In this document: one piece after another, positions 1-10,352 of the stretch
Layout: every line of letters starts with the position of its first letter
Position numbering within the stretch: position 1 is the stretch's first letter
Origin: Gammaproteobacteria bacterium
Lineage (GTDB): Bacteria > Pseudomonadota > Gammaproteobacteria > JABABF01
DNA length: 64,000 bases
Reading direction: 5' to 3'
Assembly: GCA_965237805.1 (NCBI GenBank)
Contig: OZ250153.1
Coordinates: 256,001-320,000 of the forward strand
The notes under the pieces: generated by a model
The model's input: only the letters and a program-made list of their open reading frames with translations
Database searches by the model: none
What the model was told of the DNA's origin: nothing
Translations under genes and position numbers: made by a program

Positions 1-2441
1 CCCCGGCCACGCAATTCCTCGCGGCGCTCGCCCAAGCGCTCAGCCTGTCGGCGCAGACGCGTGGCGGCCTCAGCCAGCGCTTCGAGGCGGGCGCTACGGG
101 CGGCCTCGGCCAGCGCTTGCTGGCGCAATACCGCCTCCGCCGCCGATGCTCTGCGCTGCGAGTCGGACAGCGTCTCCCGACTACTCTGACACTGCTCTGC
201 CAGCTGGTCGCGCGCGCTGGCCTCGGCATCGGCTCGCCTCTGGGCGGCCTCGGCATCGACTTCCAATCGCGCCAGCTGTTCGGCCAATTCCCGCGCCACC
301 GCTGCATCCCGCTGCCGGCGTGCGTCCAGCTGCTGGTGTTGCTCGGCGATCGCCGCCGCCGCACTCGCCTCACGCAAGGCCTCGGCGCGCGATTCCAAGA
401 CCGATAGCGCGTCTTGGGCCTTATCGACTTCGCTCAGCGCCGCACTCTCCTCAGTCCGCGCCCGCTCCAGCTCGCGCCCCAGCTGCTCGCCGTGCCGACG
501 CAGGCGCAGCGGCCCCGCCTCGGTACCCGCGAGCTGTAGCCAGCCCGACCCCAGCCACAAGCCGTCGCGCGAGACCACCGATTGGCCGGGCTTGAGCCGC
601 GTGGCCAGCTGCCGTGCGGCGGCGGCATCCTCGGCGCAATAAACCCCCCAGAGCACGCTCTCCAAGCCCGCCGGCAGCAGCACTTTACTCAGCAGCATCG
701 CCTCGTCACAGCCGCTACTCCCCGCCTGCGTCTGCAATTGCAGCAGCTGCACCGGCTGTGACGGTTGCTGCTGCGTCGCCAAGCCCGCTGCCGCGCCCGC
801 CACATCCGCGACACACAGGGCATGCAGGCGCTCTCCCAAGACTAATTCCAGCGCCAGTTGCCAGCCCTCCTCCACTTCCAGTGAGGCGGCCAGCGGCGGC
901 TGTCCATCGAGCTGCGCCGCCGCCAGCCAACGGTGCAGCTGCTCGCTGTCCGGCAGCCGTTCGACAGCGGCGCATTGGCCAGCCAGCTCCTCAATGCGAC
1001 AGCGACAGCGATGCAGCTCGGCACTCGCAGAGCGGATGCGCTCGCGCGCCGAGGGCAAGGAGGCCAGCAGCACCGCCAGTGCGGTCTCGCGGTCGTCGAT
1101 GCCAACGGCCTCGGCGCTGCCAGCTGCCGGATCGCTCTCGAGCAGAGCTGGCAACTGGCTCGCTTCGCTCGCCATGCGCTGTAGTTCGGTCGCCAAGCGC
1201 TGGCTCTCGGCCCGCAGTGCCTCTACTCGCGAGACGAGCGCTTGCGCCGCGGTCGCCGCCGCCGCCGCCGAGGCCGCGCTGGCTTCCCAGCGCTGTTGCA
1301 GCTGCCACAGCTGCGTTTCGTCGCGCTGCCGAGCAGCAGCGCCCTCGCCCGCCTCGCGACGGGCATCGGCCAGCTCCTGTGCCGCACCCTGTAGCGCATC
1401 GCGCAGCTGCTGATCCTCATCCTCGTCCACCGCCAGCTGGCGCTCTGCGCTGAGCAAATCCTCGCCCAGCCGCTCAGCTTCCTCGCGCAGTTCGCCCGCT
1501 CTGCGCCGACGCTCTGAGCGCGCCGCCTCCAGTCGCGCCACCTCGGCCCCCAACTCATAGCAGCGCGCTTGGTTGCGCTCCAACTCTGTCGCCAAGTCGC
1601 GCGCGCTATCGACGAGGCGCTCACGCTCCTCGTCGATAGCGCGCAAACTGCTCAACTCGCCGCCGAGCCGATCCTCCACAGTTGCCAACTGCTGGTGCAA
1701 CAGCTCGGACTCGTCACTCAGGGCACGGTAGCGCGAGACGATGCCGCCAGCGCGCAGCCGCCGCTCTTCGCCGCGCAGCTCGGTGTGGCGGCGCGCTTGG
1801 CCGGCTTGGCGCGACAGCTGCTGCAAGCGCTGCGCCAACTCGCCGCGCAGATCATCCAGCCGCGCCAAGTGCTCGCTGGCGCACTGCAGTCGCAGCTCGG
1901 TCTCGCGCCGTCGCTCGCGGTAGAGGGAAATGCCCGCCGCCTCTTCCAACTGGGCGCGCAGCTCACGCGGGTGCGCCTCGACCAGCTGTGAGATCATGCC
2001 CTGAGCGACGATGGCGTAGCTGCCGCGTGTCCCCAGACCGGTACCGAGGAATAAATCGGCGACATCGCGCCGCCGACAGCGCTCGCCGAACAGCGAATAG
2101 TGCGACTCAGCATCGCGCTCCAGCTCGCGCCGCACAGAGATCTCAGCACGACTGGCATGGGGGCCACCAAAGCTGCCGTCGGCATTGTCGAAGAGCAGTT
2201 CAACCGAGGCCCGTCCGAGTGGCCCGCGGCGATCCGTGCCGCTAAAGATCACATCGTTCATCGCGCTGCCGCGCAGATGCCGCGGCGAACGCTCGCCGAT
2301 GACCCAGCGCACCGCATCGAGGATGTTGGACTTGCCACAACCGTTGGGGCCGACCACCGCCGCGAAAGGGTCGCGGAACTCTACCGATGTGGCCTCGGCA
2401 AAAGATTTGAACCCGCTCAGTCGCACACGCTTCAGGCGCAT
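1..2441 (-). CDS. smc: Chromosome segregation protein SMC (N-terminal part; runs off window start)
   Basis: Manual translation from ATG at 2441: MRLKRVRLSGFKSFAEATSVEF...VVGPNGCGKSNILDAVRWVIGE...LRGSAMNDVIFSG (Walker A, SMC N-terminus), followed by a long coiled coil. Absent from the ORF track because the stop lies outside the window. Confidence 0.95.
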   Translation of the reverse strand, partial: MRLKRVRLSGFKSFAEATSVEFRDPFAAVVGPNGCGKSNILDAVRWVIGERSPRHLRGSAMNDVIFSGTDRRGPLGRASVELLFDNADGSFGGPHASRAEISVRRELERDAESHYSLFGERCRRRDVADLFLGTGLGTRGSYAIVAQGMISQLVEAHPRELRAQLEEAAGISLYRERRRETELRLQCASEHLARLDDLRGELAQRLQQLSRQAGQARRHTELRGEERRLRAGGIVSRYRALSDESELLHQQLATVEDRLGGELSSLRAIDEERERLVDSARDLATELERNQARCYELGAEVARLEAARSERRRRAGELREEAERLGEDLLSAERQLAVDEDEDQQLRDALQGAAQELADARREAGEGAAARQRDETQLWQLQQRWEASAASAAAAATAAQALVSRVEALRAESQRLATELQRMASEASQLPALLESDPAAGSAEAVGIDDRETALAVLLASLPSARERIRSASAELHRCRCRIEELAGQCAAVERLPDSEQLHRWLAAAQLDGQPPLAASLEVEEGWQLALELVLGERLHALCVADVAGAAAGLATQQQPSQPVQLLQLQTQAGSSGCDEAMLLSKVLLPAGLESVLWGVYCAEDAAAARQLATRLKPGQSVVSRDGLWLGSGWLQLAGTEAGPLRLRRHGEQLGRELERARTEESAALSEVDKAQDALSVLESRAEALREASAAAAIAEQHQQLDARRQRDAAVARELAEQLARLEVDAEAAQRRADAEASARDQLAEQCQSSRETLSDSQRRASAAEAVLRQQALAEAARSARLEALAEAATRLRRQAERLGERREELRGR

Positions 2442-2519
2442 CGGGCAATCGCTATTGGATGTTCCTCAGAATCGCAAAGGCAGCGTCGGCAAGCCGAGCT
2501 GCGCCAACGCTGCTCGAAC

Positions 2520-5500
2520 TCACCACGGGTAGTCGAACCAAGCACGCACCATACTCTCAACATTCAGCAGCTCGTCCACATCGCGTTTGATGACCGCAGC
2601 GCGACCGCAGGCGGTCGGCGAATCCAATGCCAAGCGCACCGCATACAGCACCCGAGCGTCGGCGGTTTCCACCGCACCGATACCCACACGCACCGCGCCC
2701 AATCCCTGCGCGAGCAGCCGCTTGGCGGTGCGCTCGGCACTCTCAATATTGGCATAGGCCGCCACCTGCACATACCAGCCGCGGTTGCCGCGCACTGTGT
2801 CCAAGCAAGCACAAACCGATGCGCTCGGTCGCTTGCAGGGGGATGGTATCGAGGCGGAAACCAGCTGACGGCGCGACGGCGCTGACTGTTCAGTCCGCTC
2901 AGCGCGCTCGACCCGCTGCTCCCGGCGCCGACTCGCCGTCTGCGGGTCGCGGCGCGGCGCTGTCACAGCAGCGCTGGCATCATTGAAGCGATAGCTCAGC
3001 CCGGCACCGGCAAAAGCGGCACCAGCATCGTAGTCTTCGTAGAAGATTTTCAGCGCCAAACCGCGGGCCGGGTTACCAGCCAGATCCAACTCCATGCCCA
3101 GCCCCCAGTAGAGGTCATCGTCGTTCTTGACAGCTACCGCAAACTGTCTGGACTTGGCATCGCCGCTGCGCCAGCCCAGCGCAGCATAGGGCGACCAGCG
3201 GCGATCGCGGCCATAGGGAAACCAATTCACCCCCGCCCCGGCAGCCGTTTGCTCGACGCCGCCGCAGGCGGTCGCATTGCAGACTCTGGACTCGCCCAAA
3301 TCCGCCCAAAAACCTTCCAACCACAGATCTTCCAAGGTGATGACAAAAAGCGGCAGCTTGAATGGCAGCGCGTAGTCGACGCCAACACGGTAGGCAAAAT
3401 CCTCCTGATCATCCAAGCGGAAAGTGTTGCTCTGTAGTGAGGGCTTCAAAAAACTCTGCCCCACCGCTCCGCTGATGCCGAAGTCGAGGGCAGCGGCCGT
3501 CGCAGGCAGGCTCAGGCACAGCGAGAGCAAGGCCGCACCAGCCATCGCAACGCCGCGCCGATGCCACTGGCCGCTGCGGCCAAGGCTCAGGAGCAACATC
3601 AGTGCGAGCAGCGCCAACCAAGGCAGCCCAATCGTGCCGCCACCGCCGCGGAAAACCACCACCTCGCTACCGCTCGTCGCCTGCATTCCTATCGGGCTAA
3701 AGGAGTCGGACGTGCCGCTGACATGCACACAGCCGCCATTGGACAGAGCGCCGACCGCCAGCGACAGCAGCGGGAGATAGGCCGCATCGCCGGGTGCCGG
3801 GCAAGCCCTGCCGTTCGTTCCAGCGACGCTGAGATACGGCGAGAATGTCACCGTATTGACCACGATTACCGTCGCGCTGCTCGTGCCGGGGCCACTGTCG
3901 ATCGTGATCGTGCGCTGGCTGGTATCCACCTCGCACCAACTGGCCGTCGCCGCACTGGGGCAAGTGCTGGAATAGTGATACAACTTGTCAGTGCTGATCG
4001 CTCCATCGACCGAGAACACAAAGTTGATCAAGTCGCCAGCCGAAAAACAGGCTGCGCTATCACCGCAACTGAAGGACACATCGAGTACCAAGTTATCGAC
4101 GAGGCTCACTGGCAGCGGCGCGATGCCCAGTGCGGCAAACTCGCTCAGCGGCACACGGGGCGAGTTTGCCCCCGAGCGCCGCGCCGCGATATCACCCAGA
4201 CGCAGGATGATCCCCGGCGCAACGAGCATAAAGTGCGCGTTGGCTGTGCCGGCGCTGTCGCTGAACGGCAGGGCCGAGTTGATCAATGCCAAGCCGGGCG
4301 CTTCCAGCTCATCCGGAATCAAGTCGCCGTCGCTGTCCAACTGGCCAACGCTAAAGACTCGCTGCAAACTCTCGCCCGCGCTCACGGCCCCAATGCGATA
4401 CACCGCCGCGTTGCTGCCGAAAACACTGCCTGCCACACTGTAAGTGCCAGCCAACGCCACCTCCGGCGTCGCTGGTGTCGAAGAGCCGAGCACGCTGAGT
4501 GTCCAAGTGCGAGTGCCATTCACAACGCTGCCAGACACCGAGAACTCCACCCCCGCCGCAGGATCGGCAATGCTCTGCAACAGCGCGCTGCTCCCGCTCT
4601 GGCGCAGCTGGATCACCGGTGCATAGGCCGCCACCGCACGCAGCGCTGGCTGATAAACAATGCTATAAGTCGTGCTCGCCGAACAGCTGGCAGAAAAAGA
4701 GCACAGCGACACCAGATCGCGAGACGAAAGGTCCAGCTGCACGGTGGCCGCCACCGTCAGGGTCGAGGTGCTCACCGTGTAGCCCACCGCTTGCTCCACA
4801 GCACCCGACAGCGACAGGCTGCTCGCCATCAGCGCCAAACCAGAGCTGCTGAGACTCAGCGCCACTGCCCCGTCACCGTCGGGCTGCGCTCCCAATAACT
4901 GCAATCTCATGCTGCCCGAGCCGCCCGCTATCACCGAGAGATCGCCGCCTACCGACAATATTGGCCGCAGAGCCAAGCGCCAGATCACCGCATCGCTCGC
5001 TGCGCTGCCAGCGGACAGCCAGTGTGTGCCCGACACATAGTTGTGGCTGTCCGCTGCTGGCAGCACCCCACCCTGATAGACACCAGCGCTGATATGCACC
5101 ACCGAGTCCAGCGGCAGGCTCAGCGACGCCGTGCCAGAAGTGAATGAGGCAAAGTCCGTCAGCACACCGCGCGCGTTTTGGCGCGGCAAAACCGTCGCCG
5201 CGCTACTCAACTCGTCGCGACGACCGTAGTACAGCTCCACCACATCTGGCAAGCCGTCGCTATCGGCATCCGTCGCCGCAGAGGCCCCTGTCGTGTCCGA
5301 CAGATCGCTGTTCAGATAGGCTTCCAAACTGTCCGACAGGCCATCGCCGTCCGTGTCACAGCTGCTGGCAGCGCCCGGGCAGGCCACTGTCAAACCGCCA
5401 ACAGGCATGAAATCGTATTCCAAATCGTCCGACAAGCCGTCGTTATCGGCATCTGTCAGCGAGAATGCCGCCGTGTTCAGCAGCACTGGTGCGCTGGTGG

Positions 5501-8177
5501 CCGTACTGCCACCAGCATCCTCCACTACGAGGAAGACGCAATAGGCCGTGCCCTGCGAGAGCGCGTTGAGCTGCCCGCTACCGCCGGTGGCGCTCAAACT
5601 CAGCTGGGAGGACATCGTCGTGATCGAGGCGATGGCGCAAGTCGTGCCAGTGTGGAAGGCCAGCCAATAACTGGCGGCCGTGTCGATGGCCGTCGCCGCC
5701 TCGCTCAGCTGCGCGCGATCGCTGGCCAATTCGCTGAACAGCAGGGTCGCCGAATAAGCCCGCAACTCGGCGCTGTCCACCGATAGACACGGGCTCGCCA
5801 CACTGTCCAAGTCGCCATCGCAGATGCTCGGGGGCACCACCACTCCCAACACCGTGAAACTCGTCGGAATGGGCAGGACGATTTCAGCAGTCGCCGCGAT
5901 CGTTGCCGTGGACATGATTGCCAGCGTCAATGACGTACTCGATAGCCCCGTCGGCAGAGCGGGCAGCATGACGTTCAGCGAAAATTCGATCAGCGGGACG
6001 CTGATGCCACCAATCTGCACTGTATTCGCCGGTGCCGTGAGCGTCACAGCGCCAGCGACGGGCGCGCTGCAAGGAGAAGAGGAAGACTGGCATCCCAAAA
6101 CCCCAGACACCGCGAGCTCAATGGTGGCGGACACATCATCTAAGTCGTAGACATCAAGGGTAGAAGCCGCGTCGAGCCGCAGCTCGGCGACACTTAGATA
6201 ACTGCCCGCAAACACATAGCTGCGGTTGTGCAACAGCATCGCGGGATCGACCACGCTACCACCAAAACTGGCCGAGACCGCATCCCGCGTCGCCAACCGG
6301 CTGCCCGTCACATCCATACTGAGCGTGAGATTGACCGTGTTGCTGCCAGCAGAGCTGGGGGCGGGAATGCTCGCGACCACCGTGCCATGATCCTGCGAAG
6401 AATAATAGCTAATCTCTCTGACATAGCCAAAAGTGCCCGCCTCAGATGACAGCACACAAAAGGTCTCCGCCGGGGTCTCCGCCACGCCGCTGCAATTGGC
6501 AAAGCCTGCGTTGAACCCTGTATTCAGCGCCGAAGAGCTCAGGTCTTGGTTCAGATCGAACTGCAAATTCCTATCTCGAGCGGAGATAGTCAAGCGCAAA
6601 GTATTCCGCTCGATATTGGCACCATCTCGATAGCGATAGGTGGCCGCATACGGCGTGCTAATACCATCACCAGTCAGATCAATGGTGGCAAAGGAAGCAG
6701 TGACAGTCGTGATGGACTCCAAACGCAGCTCGGTGCCCACCACCGCCATGGTGACGCTGCCGACGGTGTTTGTTGCCGTCGCAAAGCGGCTGCTGATGAC
6801 ACCGGCAGGTTGCCCAATCTCTGAGGGGCGCAGCTCCAGCATCAGCCGCGAGCCGTCGACGATATCGTTGATATTCAGAGTGCTGACGACGTCAATCACC
6901 ACCGCAAAGACCCCCAAACGCTCGCTGCCACCGTCGGCGATGACCAGCGGCGTCGCCAACCCTAGGACAACAGTCGCTTGGCTGGAAGCGCGCGCTAGGA
7001 GCCGTAAACCTACTATCCCCGTCGCCAGTGCAGGGCCCACAGCAGCGCCCCCGGCATCGATGCGGAAAAGGTGGTAATTCAGACTTGGCACAGCCCGCTG
7101 GGAGTCAGCGGGGAGGACTAAAGCACTATAAAATGGCGTAATCGCCTCACTGCCCACACTCACACGCAGCGTCACTGTACTGATGCGGGTGACAACACCA
7201 TCACCACCACCATCGGCGATGGCCAGCGCCAATATCGCTGTCAAGCTGCTCGACACGCTGTCGAGCTCGATGCTGGTGCCATAGATCGCGCTCGTGAGAT
7301 CGCTGATCGTCGCCGCATCGTTGGCTGTCGCCACCGTAGCCGTCAGCGTTGAGCCCAATACCGTGAGCACAGCGGTTGACGCACCGCTGGTATAACTGTC
7401 AACAAAGGGATCTAGCAAGTCGGTGCCATCGCCGTCAGGCACCTCGATCGCATGATAGAGCTGGCGTGCGTAGCTGGGCGCAAGCTCCAAATTGACTGCA
7501 CGCAAGCGCAGCGTCAACAAATCCGGGTACGTGCACAACTTGCACTGCAACCTGGAATTAGGATTCGACGGCGCTTTCAGAACCAATGTGTTCTGCCACA
7601 AACTCACCATATCCGTCTCACCACTCGGGGTGATCGTGACCAGCGTCGTCGAGTAGCTCGCCGACGCAAAGATATCCTCAAGCGATCCCTCACCGCTGAG
7701 CGACACGCTGGCATCCGTGCTGAAACTGCGCGCCGTCGTATCCGTCAGCTCGCCTGTGCCCGCAATGATCGCACCGCCTGCGCCCTCCACCACAAAACCA
7801 GCTGCCACACCGTGCCCATCTGCGCCCGGCACCGAATACCACGACAGCGCCATGCCCCAAGTCAGCACACCATTGGGTGTGCCCGCCCCCAATACAGTAT
7901 CACCAGCATCGGTGGAGACATGTTGCAAGCCGATATCGAGCTCAAAAGCACTGTTGTCCAAGACCGAAAAAGTGCTGTCGGTGGCAGTGGTCACCGAATC
8001 TTGGGTCGCCGATGCCCCCAATAGCAACCGATAAGTGGATGCCTCGGCTGTGCCAGACATCAATCCCAAGCACAATGCCAACGCCAACGCCAATGCCCGT
8101 GTCAGCGCCAGTGAAAAAACCGCGGCCTGCGGTGCCAATAAATCGTGGCAGCTGCGCCCTAACTGTTGCAGTTTCAT
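2520..8177 (-). CDS. Giant secreted/surface protein, copy A (1885 aa): Ser/Thr-rich modules, TSP3-like repeats, internal GlyGly-CTERM-like segment, OMP beta-barrel, C-terminal SPOR domain
   Basis: ORF 2520..8255. Start placed at MKLQQLG (8177) from the GGAG RBS and identity with the copy B start. Signal peptide ending ...GTAEA; DADNDGLSDDLE/DTDGDGLSDSLE/DADSDGLPDVVE motifs; GGGGTIGLPWLALLALMLLL; barrel-like ...GLSYRF; SPOR-like GWYVQVAAYAN..SAE. Confidence 0.85.
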   Translation of the reverse strand: MKLQQLGRSCHDLLAPQAAVFSLALTRALALALALCLGLMSGTAEASTYRLLLGASATQDSVTTATDSTFSVLDNSAFELDIGLQHVSTDAGDTVLGAGTPNGVLTWGMALSWYSVPGADGHGVAAGFVVEGAGGAIIAGTGELTDTTARSFSTDASVSLSGEGSLEDIFASASYSTTLVTITPSGETDMVSLWQNTLVLKAPSNPNSRLQCKLCTYPDLLTLRLRAVNLELAPSYARQLYHAIEVPDGDGTDLLDPFVDSYTSGASTAVLTVLGSTLTATVATANDAATISDLTSAIYGTSIELDSVSSSLTAILALAIADGGGDGVVTRISTVTLRVSVGSEAITPFYSALVLPADSQRAVPSLNYHLFRIDAGGAAVGPALATGIVGLRLLARASSQATVVLGLATPLVIADGGSERLGVFAVVIDVVSTLNINDIVDGSRLMLELRPSEIGQPAGVISSRFATATNTVGSVTMAVVGTELRLESITTVTASFATIDLTGDGISTPYAATYRYRDGANIERNTLRLTISARDRNLQFDLNQDLSSSALNTGFNAGFANCSGVAETPAETFCVLSSEAGTFGYVREISYYSSQDHGTVVASIPAPSSAGSNTVNLTLSMDVTGSRLATRDAVSASFGGSVVDPAMLLHNRSYVFAGSYLSVAELRLDAASTLDVYDLDDVSATIELAVSGVLGCQSSSSPCSAPVAGAVTLTAPANTVQIGGISVPLIEFSLNVMLPALPTGLSSTSLTLAIMSTATIAATAEIVLPIPTSFTVLGVVVPPSICDGDLDSVASPCLSVDSAELRAYSATLLFSELASDRAQLSEAATAIDTAASYWLAFHTGTTCAIASITTMSSQLSLSATGGSGQLNALSQGTAYCVFLVVEDAGGSTATSAPVLLNTAAFSLTDADNDGLSDDLEYDFMPVGGLTVACPGAASSCDTDGDGLSDSLEAYLNSDLSDTTGASAATDADSDGLPDVVELYYGRRDELSSAATVLPRQNARGVLTDFASFTSGTASLSLPLDSVVHISAGVYQGGVLPAADSHNYVSGTHWLSAGSAASDAVIWRLALRPILSVGGDLSVIAGGSGSMRLQLLGAQPDGDGAVALSLSSSGLALMASSLSLSGAVEQAVGYTVSTSTLTVAATVQLDLSSRDLVSLCSFSASCSASTTYSIVYQPALRAVAAYAPVIQLRQSGSSALLQSIADPAAGVEFSVSGSVVNGTRTWTLSVLGSSTPATPEVALAGTYSVAGSVFGSNAAVYRIGAVSAGESLQRVFSVGQLDSDGDLIPDELEAPGLALINSALPFSDSAGTANAHFMLVAPGIILRLGDIAARRSGANSPRVPLSEFAALGIAPLPVSLVDNLVLDVSFSCGDSAACFSAGDLINFVFSVDGAISTDKLYHYSSTCPSAATASWCEVDTSQRTITIDSGPGTSSATVIVVNTVTFSPYLSVAGTNGRACPAPGDAAYLPLLSLAVGALSNGGCVHVSGTSDSFSPIGMQATSGSEVVVFRGGGGTIGLPWLALLALMLLLSLGRSGQWHRRGVAMAGAALLSLCLSLPATAAALDFGISGAVGQSFLKPSLQSNTFRLDDQEDFAYRVGVDYALPFKLPLFVITLEDLWLEGFWADLGESRVCNATACGGVEQTAAGAGVNWFPYGRDRRWSPYAALGWRSGDAKSRQFAVAVKNDDDLYWGLGMELDLAGNPARGLALKIFYEDYDAGAAFAGAGLSYRFNDASAAVTAPRRDPQTASRRREQRVERAERTEQSAPSRRQLVSASIPSPCKRPSASVCACLDTVRGNRGWYVQVAAYANIESAERTAKRLLAQGLGAVRVGIGAVETADARVLYAVRLALDSPTACGRAAVIKRDVDELLNVESMVRAWFDYPW

Positions 8178-8367
8178 GGAATGTCTCCAGTGGCTAAACG
8201 CTAGATGGGCTGGCGTGCCTGCAAGAGCGCAACGACGATCACCAGCTCTTGCCAAGCGCCTATTCTAACAAATTCAGTATGCTATTCGCAATACGGCGAT
8301 GCGTAGCAAACGCGATGCTGTGCCAAAGTCGCGATCTGCCTCTGAGCGAGGAGCCTGTAGCGCTCGC

Positions 8368-9627
8368 TCAGAGGCCGGCGCGCTGCTCGATGCGCACGAT
8401 GATATTGAGCTCTTCGTCGATCAGGGCCGGAATGCCAGCCACCACGACACCAGAAAAGGTGCCGTTCTTGATCAAGGTGCGGAAGGACGCCGTAAAGCCC
8501 AGTGTGCGGAACATCATCAAGGCATCCGTTTGGTCGACATCGCCGTCGAGATCAATGTCCAAGACACTGTTGGAGCTGGCCTCAAGAGCCTCAATACGCT
8601 CAATGATATTGAGCTCTTCGTCGATCAGGGCCGGAATGCCAGCCACCACGACACCAGAAAAGGTGCCGTTCTTGATCAAGGTGCGGAAGGACTCCGTAAA
8701 GCCCAGCGTGCGGAACATCATCAAGGCATCCGTTTGGTTGACCGTGTCGCTGAGATCGATATCGAGCTGCAGGAGGTCGAATACCAGCAGTTCGACGGTG
8801 CCGCTCAGCGTGCCATCGCTCACCGTCAACACGATCGTGCTGCCGTCGCTCAGCCCCTCCAGCTGCAGGCTGAGGCTGGTGGAGGATGCCTGCGACAAGG
8901 CGCTCAGAGTCCCCATCGAGATGCTCACTGTCACCGTGTTGGGAAGCACGTAGCCCGAATCCACATTCGCGGCGGCATCGACAGCAAATATCTGCACCGT
9001 CAAGGGCGTCTCTACAAGTACCGGGGACGGCGCTGTCAGGAGCAAGGCGACGGGCAGCACGATCAACATGGTCTGTGCCACCGCGCTCAGCGAGCCGTCG
9101 ACCACTGTCAAGCTCAGCAGCTGGGCGCTAACTGCCCCGCTGAGAGACAAGCTCAGACTGCTGGCCGTGCGCGCGTGCTCCATCAGCGCACCGGATGAGG
9201 GCGTGACCGTCGCCGCGGGCGACAGGCGGTAGTCGCTGTCCTCGTTGTCGTCGTTGTCCACGCCGCGCACGCTCAGCGCAAAAGTACTATGGCCGCTCAC
9301 AGTGGCCGGCAAGCCGAGGCTCAGGCGGCGCGTTTGCACAGTGAACTCTAAGTCTAGCTGCCCCGACAGCACACCGCTGCTGAGGCTGAGGCGCAAGCTG
9401 GTGTTTTCCACCACCCCACCCCCAAGCCGCACCGTCAAGGCATTGCTCGTGCTGGCATCCACCACCCAGCGCACGGGGCCCGGCACCACTTGCGCCAGCG
9501 CTGGCGGGATGGCAGCCAGTGCCAAGGCCAAGCTCAGAGCCGATGCCATGAGCCAGAGGATGCCGTTGCCGTGCGTGGGGCAAGCCCTGCTGGCGCTGCG
9601 GGGCTCAGAGGGGGCGAATCGATGCAA
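8368..9627 (-). CDS. Secreted protein with Ig-like repeats and two C-terminal dockerin/EF-hand-like repeats
   Basis: 419-aa ORF; signal-like ALSLALALAAIPPALAQ; twice-repeated LDIDL(S/D)xxV(N/D)QTDALMMFRTLGF. Start uncertain. Confidence 0.7.
   Translation of the reverse strand: MHRFAPSEPRSASRACPTHGNGILWLMASALSLALALAAIPPALAQVVPGPVRWVVDASTSNALTVRLGGGVVENTSLRLSLSSGVLSGQLDLEFTVQTRRLSLGLPATVSGHSTFALSVRGVDNDDNEDSDYRLSPAATVTPSSGALMEHARTASSLSLSLSGAVSAQLLSLTVVDGSLSAVAQTMLIVLPVALLLTAPSPVLVETPLTVQIFAVDAAANVDSGYVLPNTVTVSISMGTLSALSQASSTSLSLQLEGLSDGSTIVLTVSDGTLSGTVELLVFDLLQLDIDLSDTVNQTDALMMFRTLGFTESFRTLIKNGTFSGVVVAGIPALIDEELNIIERIEALEASSNSVLDIDLDGDVDQTDALMMFRTLGFTASFRTLIKNGTFSGVVVAGIPALIDEELNIIVRIEQRAGL
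8399..8738. repeat. Intragenic direct repeat, ~136 bp near-identical, 204-bp period (8399-8534 / 8603-8738)
   Basis: ATGATATTGAGCTCTTCGTCGATCAGGG...GGCATCCGTTTGGT occurs twice. Confidence 0.9.
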
Positions 9628-9749
9628 TGGCAGCTGCCAGTGGGTGGACGGGGATCATTTTAAGCGATGCGAGCGCTGCGATAGCGGGACTGCGGGCGGC
9701 GCGACTGCGGTGCGATGCGCCGGACACACGACACTCGCTAGGCACGCTG

Positions 9750-10190
9750 CTATGTACTGCTGCTGGTGGCACCGCCGTCGGTGGCGGGCACCAAGCGCAG
9801 GGAGGCAGAGTTGATGCAATAACGCAGGCCAGTGGGTGGCGGGCCATCGTTGAAGACATGCCCCAGATGGGCATCGCAGACCGCGCAACGCAGCTCCTCG
9901 CGCGCCATGCCGTGGCTGGTGTCGCGGTGATTGCTCAGGCGAGCTGCTGGTGCCGGGGAATGGAAGCTGGGCCAACCCGATCCCGAATCAAATTTGCCAG
10001 CCGAGTCGAATAGGGGCGCATCACAACAGCGGCAACGGTAAGCACCGGCTGTCTTAGTCTCCCAATAGCAGCCGCTGAAAGCTGGCTCTGTCCCCCCTTG
10101 ACGGCAGATCCGATAGCTGTTGTCGTCCAGCTGTGAACGCCACTGCTCGTCGCTTAGGGCACGCGGGTCGCCAGCGGGAAAACTCTCCAT
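9750..10190 (-). CDS. msrB: Peptide-methionine (R)-S-oxide reductase MsrB
   Basis: C-terminal part of ORF 9750..10967: [43 protein letters not shown]. Start at MESF. Confidence 0.93.
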   Translation of the reverse strand: MESFPAGDPRALSDEQWRSQLDDNSYRICRQGGTEPAFSGCYWETKTAGAYRCRCCDAPLFDSAGKFDSGSGWPSFHSPAPAARLSNHRDTSHGMAREELRCAVCDAHLGHVFNDGPPPTGLRYCINSASLRLVPATDGGATSSST

Positions 10191-10352
10191 AGGCAGAATT
10201 ATACGCATAAGCACTGCGCCTCTTGCGGCTGCCAGCTGCTCGGCGACACCATACAATAAGCGTGGCTGAGGGCGGCTCGGCAACGGCTCGGGCGTCGCAG
10301 CCAGCCGCAGCGCAGCTCCCCGGCCCCACCACCGCAGAGCGCAAGCCAAACC

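Noticed and set aside
1-2885. Many + strand and short - strand ORFs over smc
   Set aside because: Shadow ORFs of a GC-rich coiled-coil gene; the real frame is smc on the - strand.
3561-4898. 445-aa plus-strand ORFs duplicated at 3561 and 15599
   Set aside because: Antisense shadows of the giant genes, conserved only because the underlying DNA is duplicated.
8178-8255. 26-aa N-terminal extension of the 1911-aa ORF
   Set aside because: The RBS and the paralog's start both point to ATG at 8177.
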